Of a stretch of 64,000 bases of DNA, positions 26,159 to 35,691 are shown piece after piece; within the stretch, counting starts at the first letter, position 1; each line of letters opens with the position of its first letter. Both the position numbers and the translations under genes were made by a program. A model generated the notes under the pieces. That model was not told the origin of the DNA. It searched no databases and worked only from the letters and a program-made list of their open reading frames with translations. Source of the stretch: Candidatus Micrarchaeota archaeon (GTDB taxonomy: Archaea > Micrarchaeota > Micrarchaeia > Anstonellales > Bilamarchaeaceae); assembly GCA_038046805.1 (NCBI GenBank), contig JBBSVO010000002.1:2528-66527 (forward strand), given 5' to 3'.

Positions 26159-27988
26159 ATGAAAATCGGAATCGAGATCCACCAACGTCTTGCATCACAC
26201 AAGCTTTTCTGCGAATGCACTAGTGAAATCTCTGACAGCGAACAGCCTTCGCTTATCGTAATCCGCCAGCTTAGACCTGTTATGAGCGAGCTCAAGGAGA
26301 TTGATGCCGCATCACGTGCTGAATTCGCAAAAAGAAAAATTCATGAGTATCAGGTTTTTGACAGGAACAATTGCCTTGTTGAGATTGATGAAGAGCCGCC
26401 TCATCCTCTTAACCAGGATGCACTTGAAATCGCACTTAAAATTGCAATGCACCTGCATGCAAAGCCTGTTGATGAAGTTCATTTCATGCGCAAAATAATA
26501 ATAGACGGAAGCGCGGTTTCAGGTTTCCAAAGAACAGCAGTAATTGCAATGGACGGATGGCTGGAAACCTCTCGTGGGAAAATACAAATTCAGCAACTTT
26601 CCCTGGAAGAGGAAAGCTCTGGTATTGTTGCGGATGCTACTGGGAGCGGGAAATCAATTTTTAGGCTCGACAGGCTCGGAATCCCACTTGTAGAAATTAC
26701 TACCTCTGCTGATATAGTAGATGGACAGCATTTGCTGGAAGTTGCTGAAAAGCTTGGAACAATAATGCGAGCAACAGGTAACGTTGCCAGAGGGCTTGGA
26801 ACAATACGTCAGGATGTTAATGTTTCCACCGAAGGTGGCGCACGTGTGGAGATAAAAGGAGCTCAGGACCTAAAAATGCTTTCCGTTCTTGTTGAGCAGG
26901 AGGTTTTAAGGCAGAAAAATCTTCTCGCGATTTTAGACACTCTTAACAAGAGCCATAGTTCCGCAAACTTTAAGCCGTCTTCAATGCGCATTTTTGTAAC
27001 TTTGACCGGAATCTTCAACAAAACTGCTTCAAAGCTGATAAAATCTGGTATTTCTGCTGGCCAGCAGGTAGTTGCAATAAAGCTTCCTCATTACGCGGGT
27101 CTGTTAGGGACGGAAATCCAGACTGGGCGGCGCTACGGAACTGAATTAAGCGATTATGCGAAAACTGCCGGAGTCAAAGGAATAATTCACAGCGATGAGG
27201 ATATGAACAAATACAATATTTCCGAGTCCGAAGTAGCGGAAATAAAAAACGCTCTCGGAATAAAGGAATATTCCGGACGCGACGCGGGCGATGCGTTCGT
27301 CCTCGTAGTTGCAGAGCACAAAACCGCAGAAAAAGCACTTGAAAAAGTCTGTGAGCGGGCAGAAATGTTTTTTATTCCAAAGGAAACCCGCAGGGCAAAT
27401 CCGGATGGTTCAACATCTTATATGCGTCCTCTGCCCGGAAGGGCAAGAATGTATCCTGAAACAGATATTCCGACTGTGCGGATTACAAAAGATATAATCG
27501 CGGAACTCCAAAAAACAAAAGGAGAATCGCTTGAGGAAAAGAAGGCGAGGCTTCTGAAAATGCTTAATCCTGAATTTGCGGAAAAAATGATTAAATCAAA
27601 GCATCTTGGGCTGTTTGAGAAGCTTGTCGGCGAGTCGGGCGTGGAGCCAATGCTTGTTGCGAACACTCTGGAGAACACGCTCGTTTCATTGAGAAGAGAA
27701 GGTGTGGAGATGAAGGACGTGGAAGGAACGCTTTCAGAGCTATTCGCACTTTACGCCAGGGATAAATTCGTCAAAGCCGCGATTCCTGAAATTCTCAAAC
27801 TTGTTACAGGGAAAGGCGGGCGCGGAACGAGTATTGAGTTCGCAATCAAGAGCGGAAAGCTTGAAAAAATATCCGGAAAAGAGCTTGAGAAAATTGCAAA
27901 AGAGAACGAATATGACATTCAAAAAATAATGCAGAAATACAGACTGAATATTGAAGCAGCGGAATTGGGGAGGTTGAGGAAGAAGTAA
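26159..27988 (+). CDS. gatE: Glutamyl-tRNA(Gln) amidotransferase subunit E
   Basis: 'MKIGIEIHQRL', 'LVEIDEEPPH', 'PLVEITT'; GatB/E fold with the archaeal insertion domain. The start is taken at the ATG (26159), not the upstream GTG. Confidence 0.9.
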   Translation: MKIGIEIHQRLASHKLFCECTSEISDSEQPSLIVIRQLRPVMSELKEIDAASRAEFAKRKIHEYQVFDRNNCLVEIDEEPPHPLNQDALEIALKIAMHLHAKPVDEVHFMRKIIIDGSAVSGFQRTAVIAMDGWLETSRGKIQIQQLSLEEESSGIVADATGSGKSIFRLDRLGIPLVEITTSADIVDGQHLLEVAEKLGTIMRATGNVARGLGTIRQDVNVSTEGGARVEIKGAQDLKMLSVLVEQEVLRQKNLLAILDTLNKSHSSANFKPSSMRIFVTLTGIFNKTASKLIKSGISAGQQVVAIKLPHYAGLLGTEIQTGRRYGTELSDYAKTAGVKGIIHSDEDMNKYNISESEVAEIKNALGIKEYSGRDAGDAFVLVVAEHKTAEKALEKVCERAEMFFIPKETRRANPDGSTSYMRPLPGRARMYPETDIPTVRITKDIIAELQKTKGESLEEKKARLLKMLNPEFAEKMIKSKHLGLFEKLVGESGVEPMLVANTLENTLVSLRREGVEMKDVEGTLSELFALYARDKFVKAAIPEILKLVTGKGGRGTSIEFAIKSGKLEKISGKELEKIAKENEYDIQKIMQKYRLNIEAAELGRLRKK

Positions 27989-27991
27989 ATC

Positions 27992-29365
27992 TCAGAAAAA
28001 CTCGTTCAGCTTCGTATCTCCAACTGGTTTTTTGCTTTCTGCCTTTCGAATGGTTTGTTTCTTTTCTTTTTCAGGACCAACTTCCTCGTTGTCTTCTTTC
28101 TTTTCAATTTCCTTTTTTTCAGATTCCTTTTCCTTCTTTACAGCTACCGTTTCGTCTTCTTTTCCAGTTTTTTTCTTTTTTATTTTTTCAGCTTCAACAC
28201 CGTTTATGAAAGCAATCTCTTCCTCACCTAGCTTGTAGTGCAACATCACTTTCTCAATTCCATCTTCCATACTGCAAAATCCCCGTATTAACGGAAGATA
28301 TGCAAGTGCATCCTTGCGGTTTGAATGCACAATCGAGCCTATCTTCTTTCCAATTTCCTTTCTCATAGCTCTTCGTGCAACGGTTGCTCCCATTTCGCGA
28401 AGATATGCCGGGAACTGGTATCTGGTGAATTTACGGTAAACTTCTTTTTTTGCAAGAGAAACACCTGCAGTTACGAAATCTATTGAATATTTGAAATATC
28501 CCCAATGGCTTCTTTTTATTCTTCCGTCAAAGATATCCGCACGCGAAAGTGCAAGATACGCATTTGCCATATCAACAGTATCCTCATATTCCAGTGGAAT
28601 GTTTTCGTCTATCCACAATTTTACAATGTCATAATCAAAATTTCCGTATGAAACCTTTTTCGCCTCTGCGTATGTCATTGCCTTGAATATATTACGGACT
28701 TTGTTGAATATATCCTCTTCTCTGTCCCGTGTTCCCATTGAACGTGCCTGAAGGTCGTTTATCGCCGCGCGTACGTCACCGCTTGAATTTTCGGCTATTC
28801 TCGAGAATTCGTTTTCATCAAGTTTTATTTTTTCCGCTTCCGCGATTCTTTTCAATATTTTGGAGATTGATGGTTTGCTTACTCGTCTTAGTTGCACAAG
28901 CTCGCATTCTGCCCGTACTCCAGAAAGTTTTTTATCCCACGGATTTGTGGCAGTAAGAATAACCGGGCAATTTCCTTCTTTCAATATCTTTACTATGGCG
29001 CTTCCTCCTCCAGTATCAGCAGTTTGAAGTGCATCCACATCATCAATAAGCACTATCCGCTTTTTGCCAGACAGAGTTCCAAACAATCCTGATTGCGCGG
29101 CTCCGCCAAGCACGCGTTCCACATGGTCCCTGTTTCTCAAGTCGCTTGCACCCATTTCTATAAGTTCAAGTTCATATTCCCTTTTCAGGGCATATGCAAA
29201 TGACGTCTTGCCGGTTCCTGTTGGTCCGTGTACGAGAATTGGTTTTGGTATTTTTCCTTTGCTCGCGTTCCATCTAAGCAGCCACTGCCTTATGCGTGTT
29301 CTTGCCTCCTCATTCCCGAGAATTTCATCAATCCGTTGAGGAGAATATTTTATGAAAAAGAGCAT
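27992..29365 (-). CDS. rfcL: Replication factor C large subunit
   Basis: 'YSPQRIDEILGNEE', Walker A 'LVHGPTGTGKTS', 'VLIDDVD', and a K/E-rich C-terminal tail ending in a PIP-like '..KLNEFF'. Confidence 0.9.
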   Translation of the reverse strand: MLFFIKYSPQRIDEILGNEEARTRIRQWLLRWNASKGKIPKPILVHGPTGTGKTSFAYALKREYELELIEMGASDLRNRDHVERVLGGAAQSGLFGTLSGKKRIVLIDDVDALQTADTGGGSAIVKILKEGNCPVILTATNPWDKKLSGVRAECELVQLRRVSKPSISKILKRIAEAEKIKLDENEFSRIAENSSGDVRAAINDLQARSMGTRDREEDIFNKVRNIFKAMTYAEAKKVSYGNFDYDIVKLWIDENIPLEYEDTVDMANAYLALSRADIFDGRIKRSHWGYFKYSIDFVTAGVSLAKKEVYRKFTRYQFPAYLREMGATVARRAMRKEIGKKIGSIVHSNRKDALAYLPLIRGFCSMEDGIEKVMLHYKLGEEEIAFINGVEAEKIKKKKTGKEDETVAVKKEKESEKKEIEKKEDNEEVGPEKEKKQTIRKAESKKPVGDTKLNEFF

Positions 29366-29477
29366 AGAATCGTATTAACACGTGAGGATTATAACTCTTG
29401 TTTCTTTTGGCGGTTAGCAGTTAGTCGTTAGCGGTTGACAATTAGTAACTAACGGCTACGGGCTACTTGCTAATCGT

Positions 29478-31436
29478 TCACTGAGTGCCACTCCAAAAAA
29501 ACTTCACATGCCTTTCCGGCTCGTCTGTCACCACAAACCTGTCTCCGCTATCAAATGCACCTGCATACTTCTTCCATCCAAATCTTTCATCCATGAATAC
29601 AACTGCGGCCCTGTCTGTTTCCTTTCGTATTGCCCTTCCACCTGCCTGCATTGCCTTTATCACTGCCGGATAAATATATCCGTATTCCCATCCCTTTGCA
29701 AATTTCTGCTGATAATAATCTATAAGCGAGCGGGTTTCTATACTCGGTTCTTCAAGCGCAATTCCGATTATAACTGCTGTTTTTATTTCCTCATTGCAGT
29801 AATCCACCCCCTCAGAAAGAGAGCCTCCCTGAACTGCACACAACACCCCTTCTTTTTTGAATCTTGCAAGCAATTCCGAAACGTCTTGCGGACCCATTTT
29901 TTCCTCTTGAACGATCAGCGGCCCATTTTCTTTGTCAATGAGCGGAACAACAGAATTCATTACGGCGTAAGAAGGAAAGAACAAAGCAACCCCGCGCGGC
30001 GATGAACAGATTATCCTGTCAATTTTTCCCGCAATTTTCGCATAATTTTCCGGATTTCTTTCGGTATAGCGTGTCGTTACCCCATTCACAATAACCTGCA
30101 TTTTGTTATTCTGGTCAAATGGGGATTTATATTTCTTCATCAGAGTCCTATTTGCATCCAGTCCAAGAACATCTCGGTGCATCTCCATTGGAAGCATAGT
30201 TCCGCTCATCAGGACAGAAGCGTAAGAATTGTTCAATGCCGAAGTAACTATAGACGGGTCCATGAATTTTTTCGTAAGAGAAAAATACGCTCCGCTTTTT
30301 GTTCCAATATATCCCTCTTTTTTTCTGAGAATCCTTACAGTTCCTTTTTCTTCGACAAACCAGCTGCGGAGAAATGCTGCGAATCTCAGGCATGCGCTTT
30401 TCCTTCCCGTGCGATCTACTATCTCAGCACCGATTATTTCAAGATTCTCTGTCAAAGCGCCAGCATCGTATTTTTTGTCTGCCAAAAATCTGTCAAAATC
30501 TGCCTTTCCTATTGCAAATTCGGTAGTTCTCCTACCGGGATTTTCGTTGTTTCTTCCCAGTTCACCGAGTGTTTTTTCAGCCCATTCTCCAAACTGTTCA
30601 GCAAGTCCTAGATGTTCTATTCCCATAGCCGCCATTTCCTGTTCTGCCTTTCCTAAAACAAATGAGTTTAATGTGCTTGAAAGGTGGTCCCGGACCCGCG
30701 CGGAAAGATTATGCGCTTCGTCCACTATTATTATGCTGTTCTCCATTTTTTTCTTTATCTTTGCCAAAAAAGCATCCCGGATTTTTGGAATTAAGAGATG
30801 ATAATAATCGGCAACAACCAATGAGGATTCTGACGCAATTTTCATCATCCATTCATACGGGCATGCCTGGTGGGTTTCACCAAGTTCAACAACCTCTGAA
30901 TGGAATCTTGCGAAGTTTTCAGTACCCGCGTGTCCATCCTCTTCTCTGCCTCCATGAAAAACCTTTTTGAATAGTATATTCGCCCGGGCTTCATCTATTT
31001 TGGAATATCCAATTGCCTTTCCATAAAATTCACAAGTTTTTTTCCCGCGCTTTTTTTCACATGTCTGGTAAAATCCTTCATGATCAAGATCTGAAAGTGT
31101 TTCATCAATGCATGCATATCTTCTTCCAATAATATCTATTGCCCGGAATCCAAGTTTGTATTTTTCAGAAATCCCGCGGGCAACCTCTATTGCTATCCTG
31201 TGCTGGGAAATCTTCGGGGTAAGAAAAAAAACAGAAAGATTGTTCGCCAATGCGTAAGTGAGCGCAGCAGAAATAGCAGAATCTGTCTTGCCGGTTCCTG
31301 TTGGTGCGTGCACTATTATATTTTGTCTTTTACCCATCGCGTCGTAAATGTCGTGGGTAAGCTCGCGCTGATAATTTCGCATATGCAAATGGCGAAAATA
31401 AATCCCATCTGTTGTTCCTGCTGCAGTTTTATCCAC
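29478..31436 (-). CDS. xpd: XPD/Rad3-family 5'-3' DNA helicase with an Fe-S domain
   Basis: 'VHAPTGTGKTDS', 'DEAHNL', four Cys between motifs I and II (C..C..C...C), and C-terminal 'GGSLSEGVDY' and 'QAGGRAIR'. Confidence 0.9.
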   Translation of the reverse strand: MDKTAAGTTDGIYFRHLHMRNYQRELTHDIYDAMGKRQNIIVHAPTGTGKTDSAISAALTYALANNLSVFFLTPKISQHRIAIEVARGISEKYKLGFRAIDIIGRRYACIDETLSDLDHEGFYQTCEKKRGKKTCEFYGKAIGYSKIDEARANILFKKVFHGGREEDGHAGTENFARFHSEVVELGETHQACPYEWMMKIASESSLVVADYYHLLIPKIRDAFLAKIKKKMENSIIIVDEAHNLSARVRDHLSSTLNSFVLGKAEQEMAAMGIEHLGLAEQFGEWAEKTLGELGRNNENPGRRTTEFAIGKADFDRFLADKKYDAGALTENLEIIGAEIVDRTGRKSACLRFAAFLRSWFVEEKGTVRILRKKEGYIGTKSGAYFSLTKKFMDPSIVTSALNNSYASVLMSGTMLPMEMHRDVLGLDANRTLMKKYKSPFDQNNKMQVIVNGVTTRYTERNPENYAKIAGKIDRIICSSPRGVALFFPSYAVMNSVVPLIDKENGPLIVQEEKMGPQDVSELLARFKKEGVLCAVQGGSLSEGVDYCNEEIKTAVIIGIALEEPSIETRSLIDYYQQKFAKGWEYGYIYPAVIKAMQAGGRAIRKETDRAAVVFMDERFGWKKYAGAFDSGDRFVVTDEPERHVKFFWSGTQ

Positions 31437-31504
31437 AACCGGTTTTGTATGACAAAAATTATTAATTGAGACGCAGTAACTATTTTATGCGGTTGGCAAA
31501 TTTT

Positions 31505-32065
31505 TTACGGATTTGTGTATGCGTATATTCCCTGCCCAATAATGGCAAGTCCAAGAAGTACTAAAACAACGTCCCATAAATTAAACATTTCTATAGATTC
31601 AACCGCTCTTGATTCGTTTGGGTTATTTGGATTAACTACTATACTTATCTCGGAACCTTCTTTCAAATTTATTATTGCTTTTTGATGTTTATACATTTCA
31701 AAATTCGGCTCTTCTAGAAAAGGAGCTTCCTTGTCATTGGAATATTCGTGGAAAAAAGCTTTTGCCTCTTCTACCCCATCGTCCGAAGCATAAGAAAATG
31801 AAGTTTCACTTTTACCAGTATATTTCTTTTTTAAAATATATTCATATTCCCTAGTAAATTCGTTAGTCCAGTCATATGCAGGATCTCCCCAAATCATCTT
31901 ACTTTGAAAATAACTATCCACATTCATTTTTGTTATGGTCGCATCAATTTGCTTCCAATTCGTAAGCATGTCATATTTTTGGTAAATTCGGGATGCTCCA
32001 ACAGTCAGGATAGTCAAACCTATTACCATGCCTAAAATAAATCCAGCCGTTTCTATTTTTATCAT
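31505..32065 (-). CDS. Membrane protein (DUF3592-like)
   Basis: N- and C-terminal TM helices flank a beta-rich middle. The layout 'W..IDATITKMNV' resembles DUF3592. Confidence 0.5.
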   Translation of the reverse strand: MIKIETAGFILGMVIGLTILTVGASRIYQKYDMLTNWKQIDATITKMNVDSYFQSKMIWGDPAYDWTNEFTREYEYILKKKYTGKSETSFSYASDDGVEEAKAFFHEYSNDKEAPFLEEPNFEMYKHQKAIINLKEGSEISIVVNPNNPNESRAVESIEMFNLWDVVLVLLGLAIIGQGIYAYTNP

Positions 32066-32096
32066 AATTTTTATAATTAGTTTGCATTTTTAAATC

Positions 32097-32213
32097 CAGA
32101 GATTCCACTGGTCTTGTGACCAGTGGCACACAGGTAACACATGGCCTGACGGTGGAATCTCTGCCTGTCAAAAACAAGCACAAGCAACCGGTCTCTGACC
32201 GGTGGTTTTTGAC
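32097..32213. ncRNA. Candidate structured RNA: two adjacent nested hairpins in a divergent intergenic gap (strand unknown)
   Basis: Hairpin A has a 12-bp perfect outer stem (32097-32108 with 32152-32163) enclosing an inner 'tggtc-ttgt-gacca' stem-loop. Hairpin B has a 9-bp outer stem (32167-32175 with 32205-32213) enclosing 'ccggtc-tct-gaccgg' (32188-32202). Confidence 0.35.
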
Positions 32214-32302
32214 ATACGTTATCTGGAAAATTTTCTGCATATGCGCAGTTTGTTTGTACCGTTATTCGCGCTGTTTTTATTTTTAATCACCGTAACCATT
32301 TT

Positions 32303-33028
32303 ATGCGTTTTCTCTATAATGTTCCTGCTCTCCTTCACAAGGGAGCGCTTATAGTCGGAGATCTGCATTTTGGTATCGAAGAGCGCATGCATGCTAAAGG
32401 AATCTTTGCCTCAGACATATCTAACTCTCTCGCAAACAAACTTCTCTTAATTATAAAAAAGACAAGGGCAAAAAGACTATTTATCCTCGGGGACGTAAAG
32501 GATAACATAACCTGTGTTGACGATTACACATTGCGTGCTTTCGAAATTCTTGCATCATCCGGAATTCAAATTACCATAGTGCGCGGAAACCATGATGGGG
32601 GGATCGAGCGGCTGGAATTTCTCGGAATTAGTGCTCTTCCAAGCGAGGGAATCGTTTACGAGGGTCTTGCTCTTGTTCATGGTCATTCATGGCCAAGTGA
32701 AGAATGTATGCAGGCAGATTATCTTATCTCAGCACATCAGCATCCGCAGATTGAATTTGTTGATAAATCCAAAAAGCGTCATACAGAATCTGCCTGGTTC
32801 GTTGCACCATCAAATTTTCGCGAAATGAAAAAACATTACAAAACTCCAAACAAGAATTTGAAAATTATTTTGATGCCGGCATTCAATCCTTTGGTCGGAA
32901 GTCCGCTAAACCACGGTAAATCGCGCGCGGTTATTCACCTCGGACCACTTTTAAGGAATAAGATATTTAAATGGGAAGATGCAATATTATATCGCTTGAC
33001 CGGAGAGGCGACCGGAAAGATAAAATGA
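32303..33028 (+). CDS. Metallophosphoesterase (archaeal SbcD-related putative phosphoesterase family)
   Basis: Calcineurin-fold motifs in order: 'GDLHFG', 'GDVKDN', 'GNHD', 'HGH', 'SAHQH'. Confidence 0.8.
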   Translation: MRFLYNVPALLHKGALIVGDLHFGIEERMHAKGIFASDISNSLANKLLLIIKKTRAKRLFILGDVKDNITCVDDYTLRAFEILASSGIQITIVRGNHDGGIERLEFLGISALPSEGIVYEGLALVHGHSWPSEECMQADYLISAHQHPQIEFVDKSKKRHTESAWFVAPSNFREMKKHYKTPNKNLKIILMPAFNPLVGSPLNHGKSRAVIHLGPLLRNKIFKWEDAILYRLTGEATGKIK

Positions 33029-33101
33029 AATAATTAGAATAAACAGGAAACAAATCCTGAAAACGTTTTTGATAAACGTTTGTAGTCTATATGGGGTGTA
33101 C

Positions 33102-33359
33102 ATGATGGGAAGTCAAAGAAGAGGCCGGGACAAACTTGTGAACTGTGAATCATGTGGAAGATCTGTGCCGCGAAACAAAGCAGTTGATTTTGAAAAAAGA
33201 AATTTTTTCAGTACTGATTTGCGCGGACAGGAGAATGTATCAACAATGTCATCAAGGCTTACCTACTATTGTATAAGCTGCGGAAAGCACAGGAAGATTT
33301 TTGAAAAGAAGAAGAAACTTGCTCAAAGACAATCTGGAAGAAATTCTGGGGTGTTCTAA
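33102..33359 (+). CDS. rps26e: Ribosomal protein eS26
   Basis: 'RRGRDKLVNCESCGRSVPRNKAV' and 'YYCISCGKHRKI' match the eS26 zinc-ribbon pattern (C..C...C..C). The start is placed at the ATG (33102). Confidence 0.7.
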   Translation: MMGSQRRGRDKLVNCESCGRSVPRNKAVDFEKRNFFSTDLRGQENVSTMSSRLTYYCISCGKHRKIFEKKKKLAQRQSGRNSGVF

Positions 33360-33667
33360 TGGCTGAGAACGCAGGAGATACGTTCGAATGCGAAGGGCGT
33401 AAGTATATTGCACTGAAACAGGAAATCGGTAACCTCCCATTGATAGTTGTACGGGCAAAAAATGGTTATGTGGCATGCAGTTATATAGACAAGGAAACTG
33501 CAGAGAAAGTGGGTGACATAGCCGCATTCGTGTCCGGAGTAAAAACTATTGATGATTTTATGAGAGCTAAAATCCGTCATACAACTTCCTGGGCAGAGGA
33601 TTTAGGTATCCGCGAGGGTATGAGCGTTAAAAAAGCACTTGAGCTTATGGATGGTACCGAAAGCTAA
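33359..33667 (+). CDS. DUF1805 (YunC-like) protein
   Basis: 'GYVACSYID...AAFVSGVKTIDDFM...AEDLGIREGMSVKKALELM' parallels B. subtilis YunC. The start overlaps the eS26 stop (TAATG). Confidence 0.65.
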   Translation: MAENAGDTFECEGRKYIALKQEIGNLPLIVVRAKNGYVACSYIDKETAEKVGDIAAFVSGVKTIDDFMRAKIRHTTSWAEDLGIREGMSVKKALELMDGTES

Positions 33668-33678
33668 ATCCCCAATTC

Positions 33679-34206
33679 TCAATTTTTCTTTTTTCTTCTT
33701 TCAGTCAGAAGTACTGTTGCAACAAAAAGAATCGGGATTACAAAAACAACTGTACATATCTTCTGTTGGTTGTTTAACGCATTATAAATATGACCTACCT
33801 GTGTCTTGCATGCCTCGCGCGTAGCCTTATTACCTGAGAAAATTATTCCAGTATCTTCTATTTTATCGCAAATTGTATCATCTACAAGTATTTTTGCGAT
33901 TTCCGTGTAACACATATTTGCCTTTAGTTTGTAGTCCTTGTTGCTCACTGCGTTATTGTATATCTCATCGCAGAGCTCATTGGCCTTAACCTCGTGGTTT
34001 TTCATTGCTTCTGAAATTGCTGCGATTCTCAGGCATTCCATCTGTTCGTCTGCGGTTCTCAATCTATTCTCTCCGTCCAAATCCTTGATTGGTTCATTGC
34101 ATAAACTTTTTGTCATAAAGCCAAGGCTGCCATTTAGTAAAAACGAGCTTACCGATACTATCATCACGATTGCGATAAGAAAAAGAATACGCGTGGAAGA
34201 GTCCAT
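33679..34206 (-). CDS. Hypothetical surface protein with N- and C-terminal anchors
   Basis: N-terminal TM 'ILFLIAIVMIVSVSSFLL', a Cys-containing helical middle, and a C-terminal TM plus basic tail 'VVFVIPILFVATVLLTERRKKKN'. Confidence 0.5.
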   Translation of the reverse strand: MDSSTRILFLIAIVMIVSVSSFLLNGSLGFMTKSLCNEPIKDLDGENRLRTADEQMECLRIAAISEAMKNHEVKANELCDEIYNNAVSNKDYKLKANMCYTEIAKILVDDTICDKIEDTGIIFSGNKATREACKTQVGHIYNALNNQQKICTVVFVIPILFVATVLLTERRKKKN

Positions 34207-34218
34207 CGTTCCACCATT

Positions 34219-34785
34219 TTATTTGCTTTGAGTTTTATCCGCGTATTTTCTGAGCATATTTTGCGCTTTTTGAAGGACGATCTTAATCTCTTTTTCTTTT
34301 TTTGCTCCTGCACAGATAACCTTTCCATTTTTGAACAGAAGCAAGGATGCCTTTGGCTCTTTGAATTTTAGTATTGCTCCAGGAAACTGCTCCGGCTCAT
34401 ATTCAACGTCTCTTACTTTGTATGCAATCTTGTAAAGATCAAGACCCATATTAAGATTTGCTGATGCAACTATATTTGTAATATCAATCTCAGGCTTCTT
34501 TTTCGTGATTATTTTGGTTGCGTATGGTGTAAGCATTTTTATGGTTTTTTCCACTGTCTTTTCTATTATATCTCGTCTTTTGCATCCCACGCATACGATC
34601 TTTCCGTTTTTGAACAAAAGAAGTGTTGCCTTTGGCTCTTTGAATTTTAGTATTGCTCCAGGAAACTGCTCCGGCTCATACTCGACTTCTTTCATTTTCT
34701 GTGCAAGAGAAAATAAGTCAAGTTCTAGTCCAAGGTTAGCAGAGGCTACCATATTTGTAATTACGAATTCGGGTTTTTTACCCAA
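34219..34785 (-). CDS. tbp: TATA-box binding protein
   Basis: Two TBP repeats, each with 'NIVASANL..LDL..IA....VEYEPEQFPGAILKFKEPKA.LLLFKNGK'. Confidence 0.95.
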   Translation of the reverse strand: MGKKPEFVITNMVASANLGLELDLFSLAQKMKEVEYEPEQFPGAILKFKEPKATLLLFKNGKIVCVGCKRRDIIEKTVEKTIKMLTPYATKIITKKKPEIDITNIVASANLNMGLDLYKIAYKVRDVEYEPEQFPGAILKFKEPKASLLLFKNGKVICAGAKKEKEIKIVLQKAQNMLRKYADKTQSK

Positions 34786-34852
34786 TATATCACCGTTTTT
34801 ATATGAAATGTAATCATTTAAAAAGCCTAGGGTTCAAAAATACCCTACTGGC

Positions 34853-34989
34853 ATTCCGACTTCTACAGTGATCCACGGAAGTTTTGCGAAACTTCCGCGT
34901 CTCACAGTATAGCAAACCATGAAGTTATTATACGCTATAATCTACGCGGCAGGGGGTGCATACTTTCATGGTTTGATATAGTCGTAAAT
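34853..34989. ncRNA. Candidate structured RNA, copy 1 of a two-copy element (strand unknown)
   Basis: Homologous to 57014-57145. Hairpin H1 is 34876-34897; the long stem H2 pairs 34908-34923 with 34965-34980. Both stems carry compensatory changes between the copies. No conserved ORF is present. Confidence 0.5.
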
Positions 34990-35050
34990 ATGCTATTCTA
35001 TATATAATAAAAACTATAATAACTAATAAATAACTAAAGAAGGTGAAATT

Positions 35051-35326
35051 ATGGTACGTCGCTCAAAAGGTTTAATGTCAAAAAAGACCAAAAAGATAAA
35101 ATCTTGTGGAAGATTCACGGTTTCACGCCTGACAAAATCATTTTCCATAGGAGACAAGGTTGGACTTGATACCCAGCCATACTTTTCAGGCATGTCAAGC
35201 CTGAGGTATAAAGGTGCAATTGGAAAAATTGTCTCTAAGAGAGGATCGTCTTATGTGGTTGAGATAAAAGATGGGAACATGAAGAAGAATCTCGTGCTCC
35301 ATCCAATACATTTAAAACAATTATAG
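35051..35326 (+). CDS. rpl21e: Ribosomal protein eL21
   Basis: 'MVRRSKGLMSKKTKK' N-terminus and an SH3-like body. It sits in the conserved archaeal order L21e-Rpo4-DUF655. Confidence 0.85.
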   Translation: MVRRSKGLMSKKTKKIKSCGRFTVSRLTKSFSIGDKVGLDTQPYFSGMSSLRYKGAIGKIVSKRGSSYVVEIKDGNMKKNLVLHPIHLKQL

Positions 35327-35343
35327 TATCTAGGTGAGGATAT

Positions 35344-35661
35344 ATGACTGTGATTTCTTCAAAACCGGTTAGCATGGCTGAGGCAGCGGAACTTCTCACG
35401 GCGAGAGGTAAAGAAAGTGAGCTTGGTTACGAGCAAAAGGAAGCGCTTGCTCACGTAGAGCGGTTCTCAAAATCAAGCGCAAAGGAAGCTGCAACATTAA
35501 TCAAGGATCTTATGAAAAATAAGAAATTGACACTTGAAGCTGCAATAAAACTTGTAGACATTCATCCAAAGAAACCCGATACGGTCAGGGCAATCATCTT
35601 GCGCGAAAAAATCGATCTTAGCGACGATGAAGTCGCCGAAGTTCTTAAATTACTGGATTAA
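35344..35661 (+). CDS. rpoF: RNA polymerase subunit Rpo4 (RpoF)
   Basis: About 105 aa and helical: 'MAEAAELL...', 'EQKEALAHVERFSK', 'KLVDIHPKKPDTVRAI'. Supported by conserved gene context. Confidence 0.8.
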   Translation: MTVISSKPVSMAEAAELLTARGKESELGYEQKEALAHVERFSKSSAKEAATLIKDLMKNKKLTLEAAIKLVDIHPKKPDTVRAIILREKIDLSDDEVAEVLKLLD

Positions 35662-35691
35662 TAAAATCGTAAGATATCCGAGGTAAACAAA

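Noticed and set aside
32097-32213. H/ACA or C/D box guide RNA for the double hairpin.
   Set aside because: The internal loops are one-sided rather than forming a pseudouridylation pocket. No ACA/ANA box sits at the right distance after hairpin 1. No RUGAUGA/CUGA box pairs are present.
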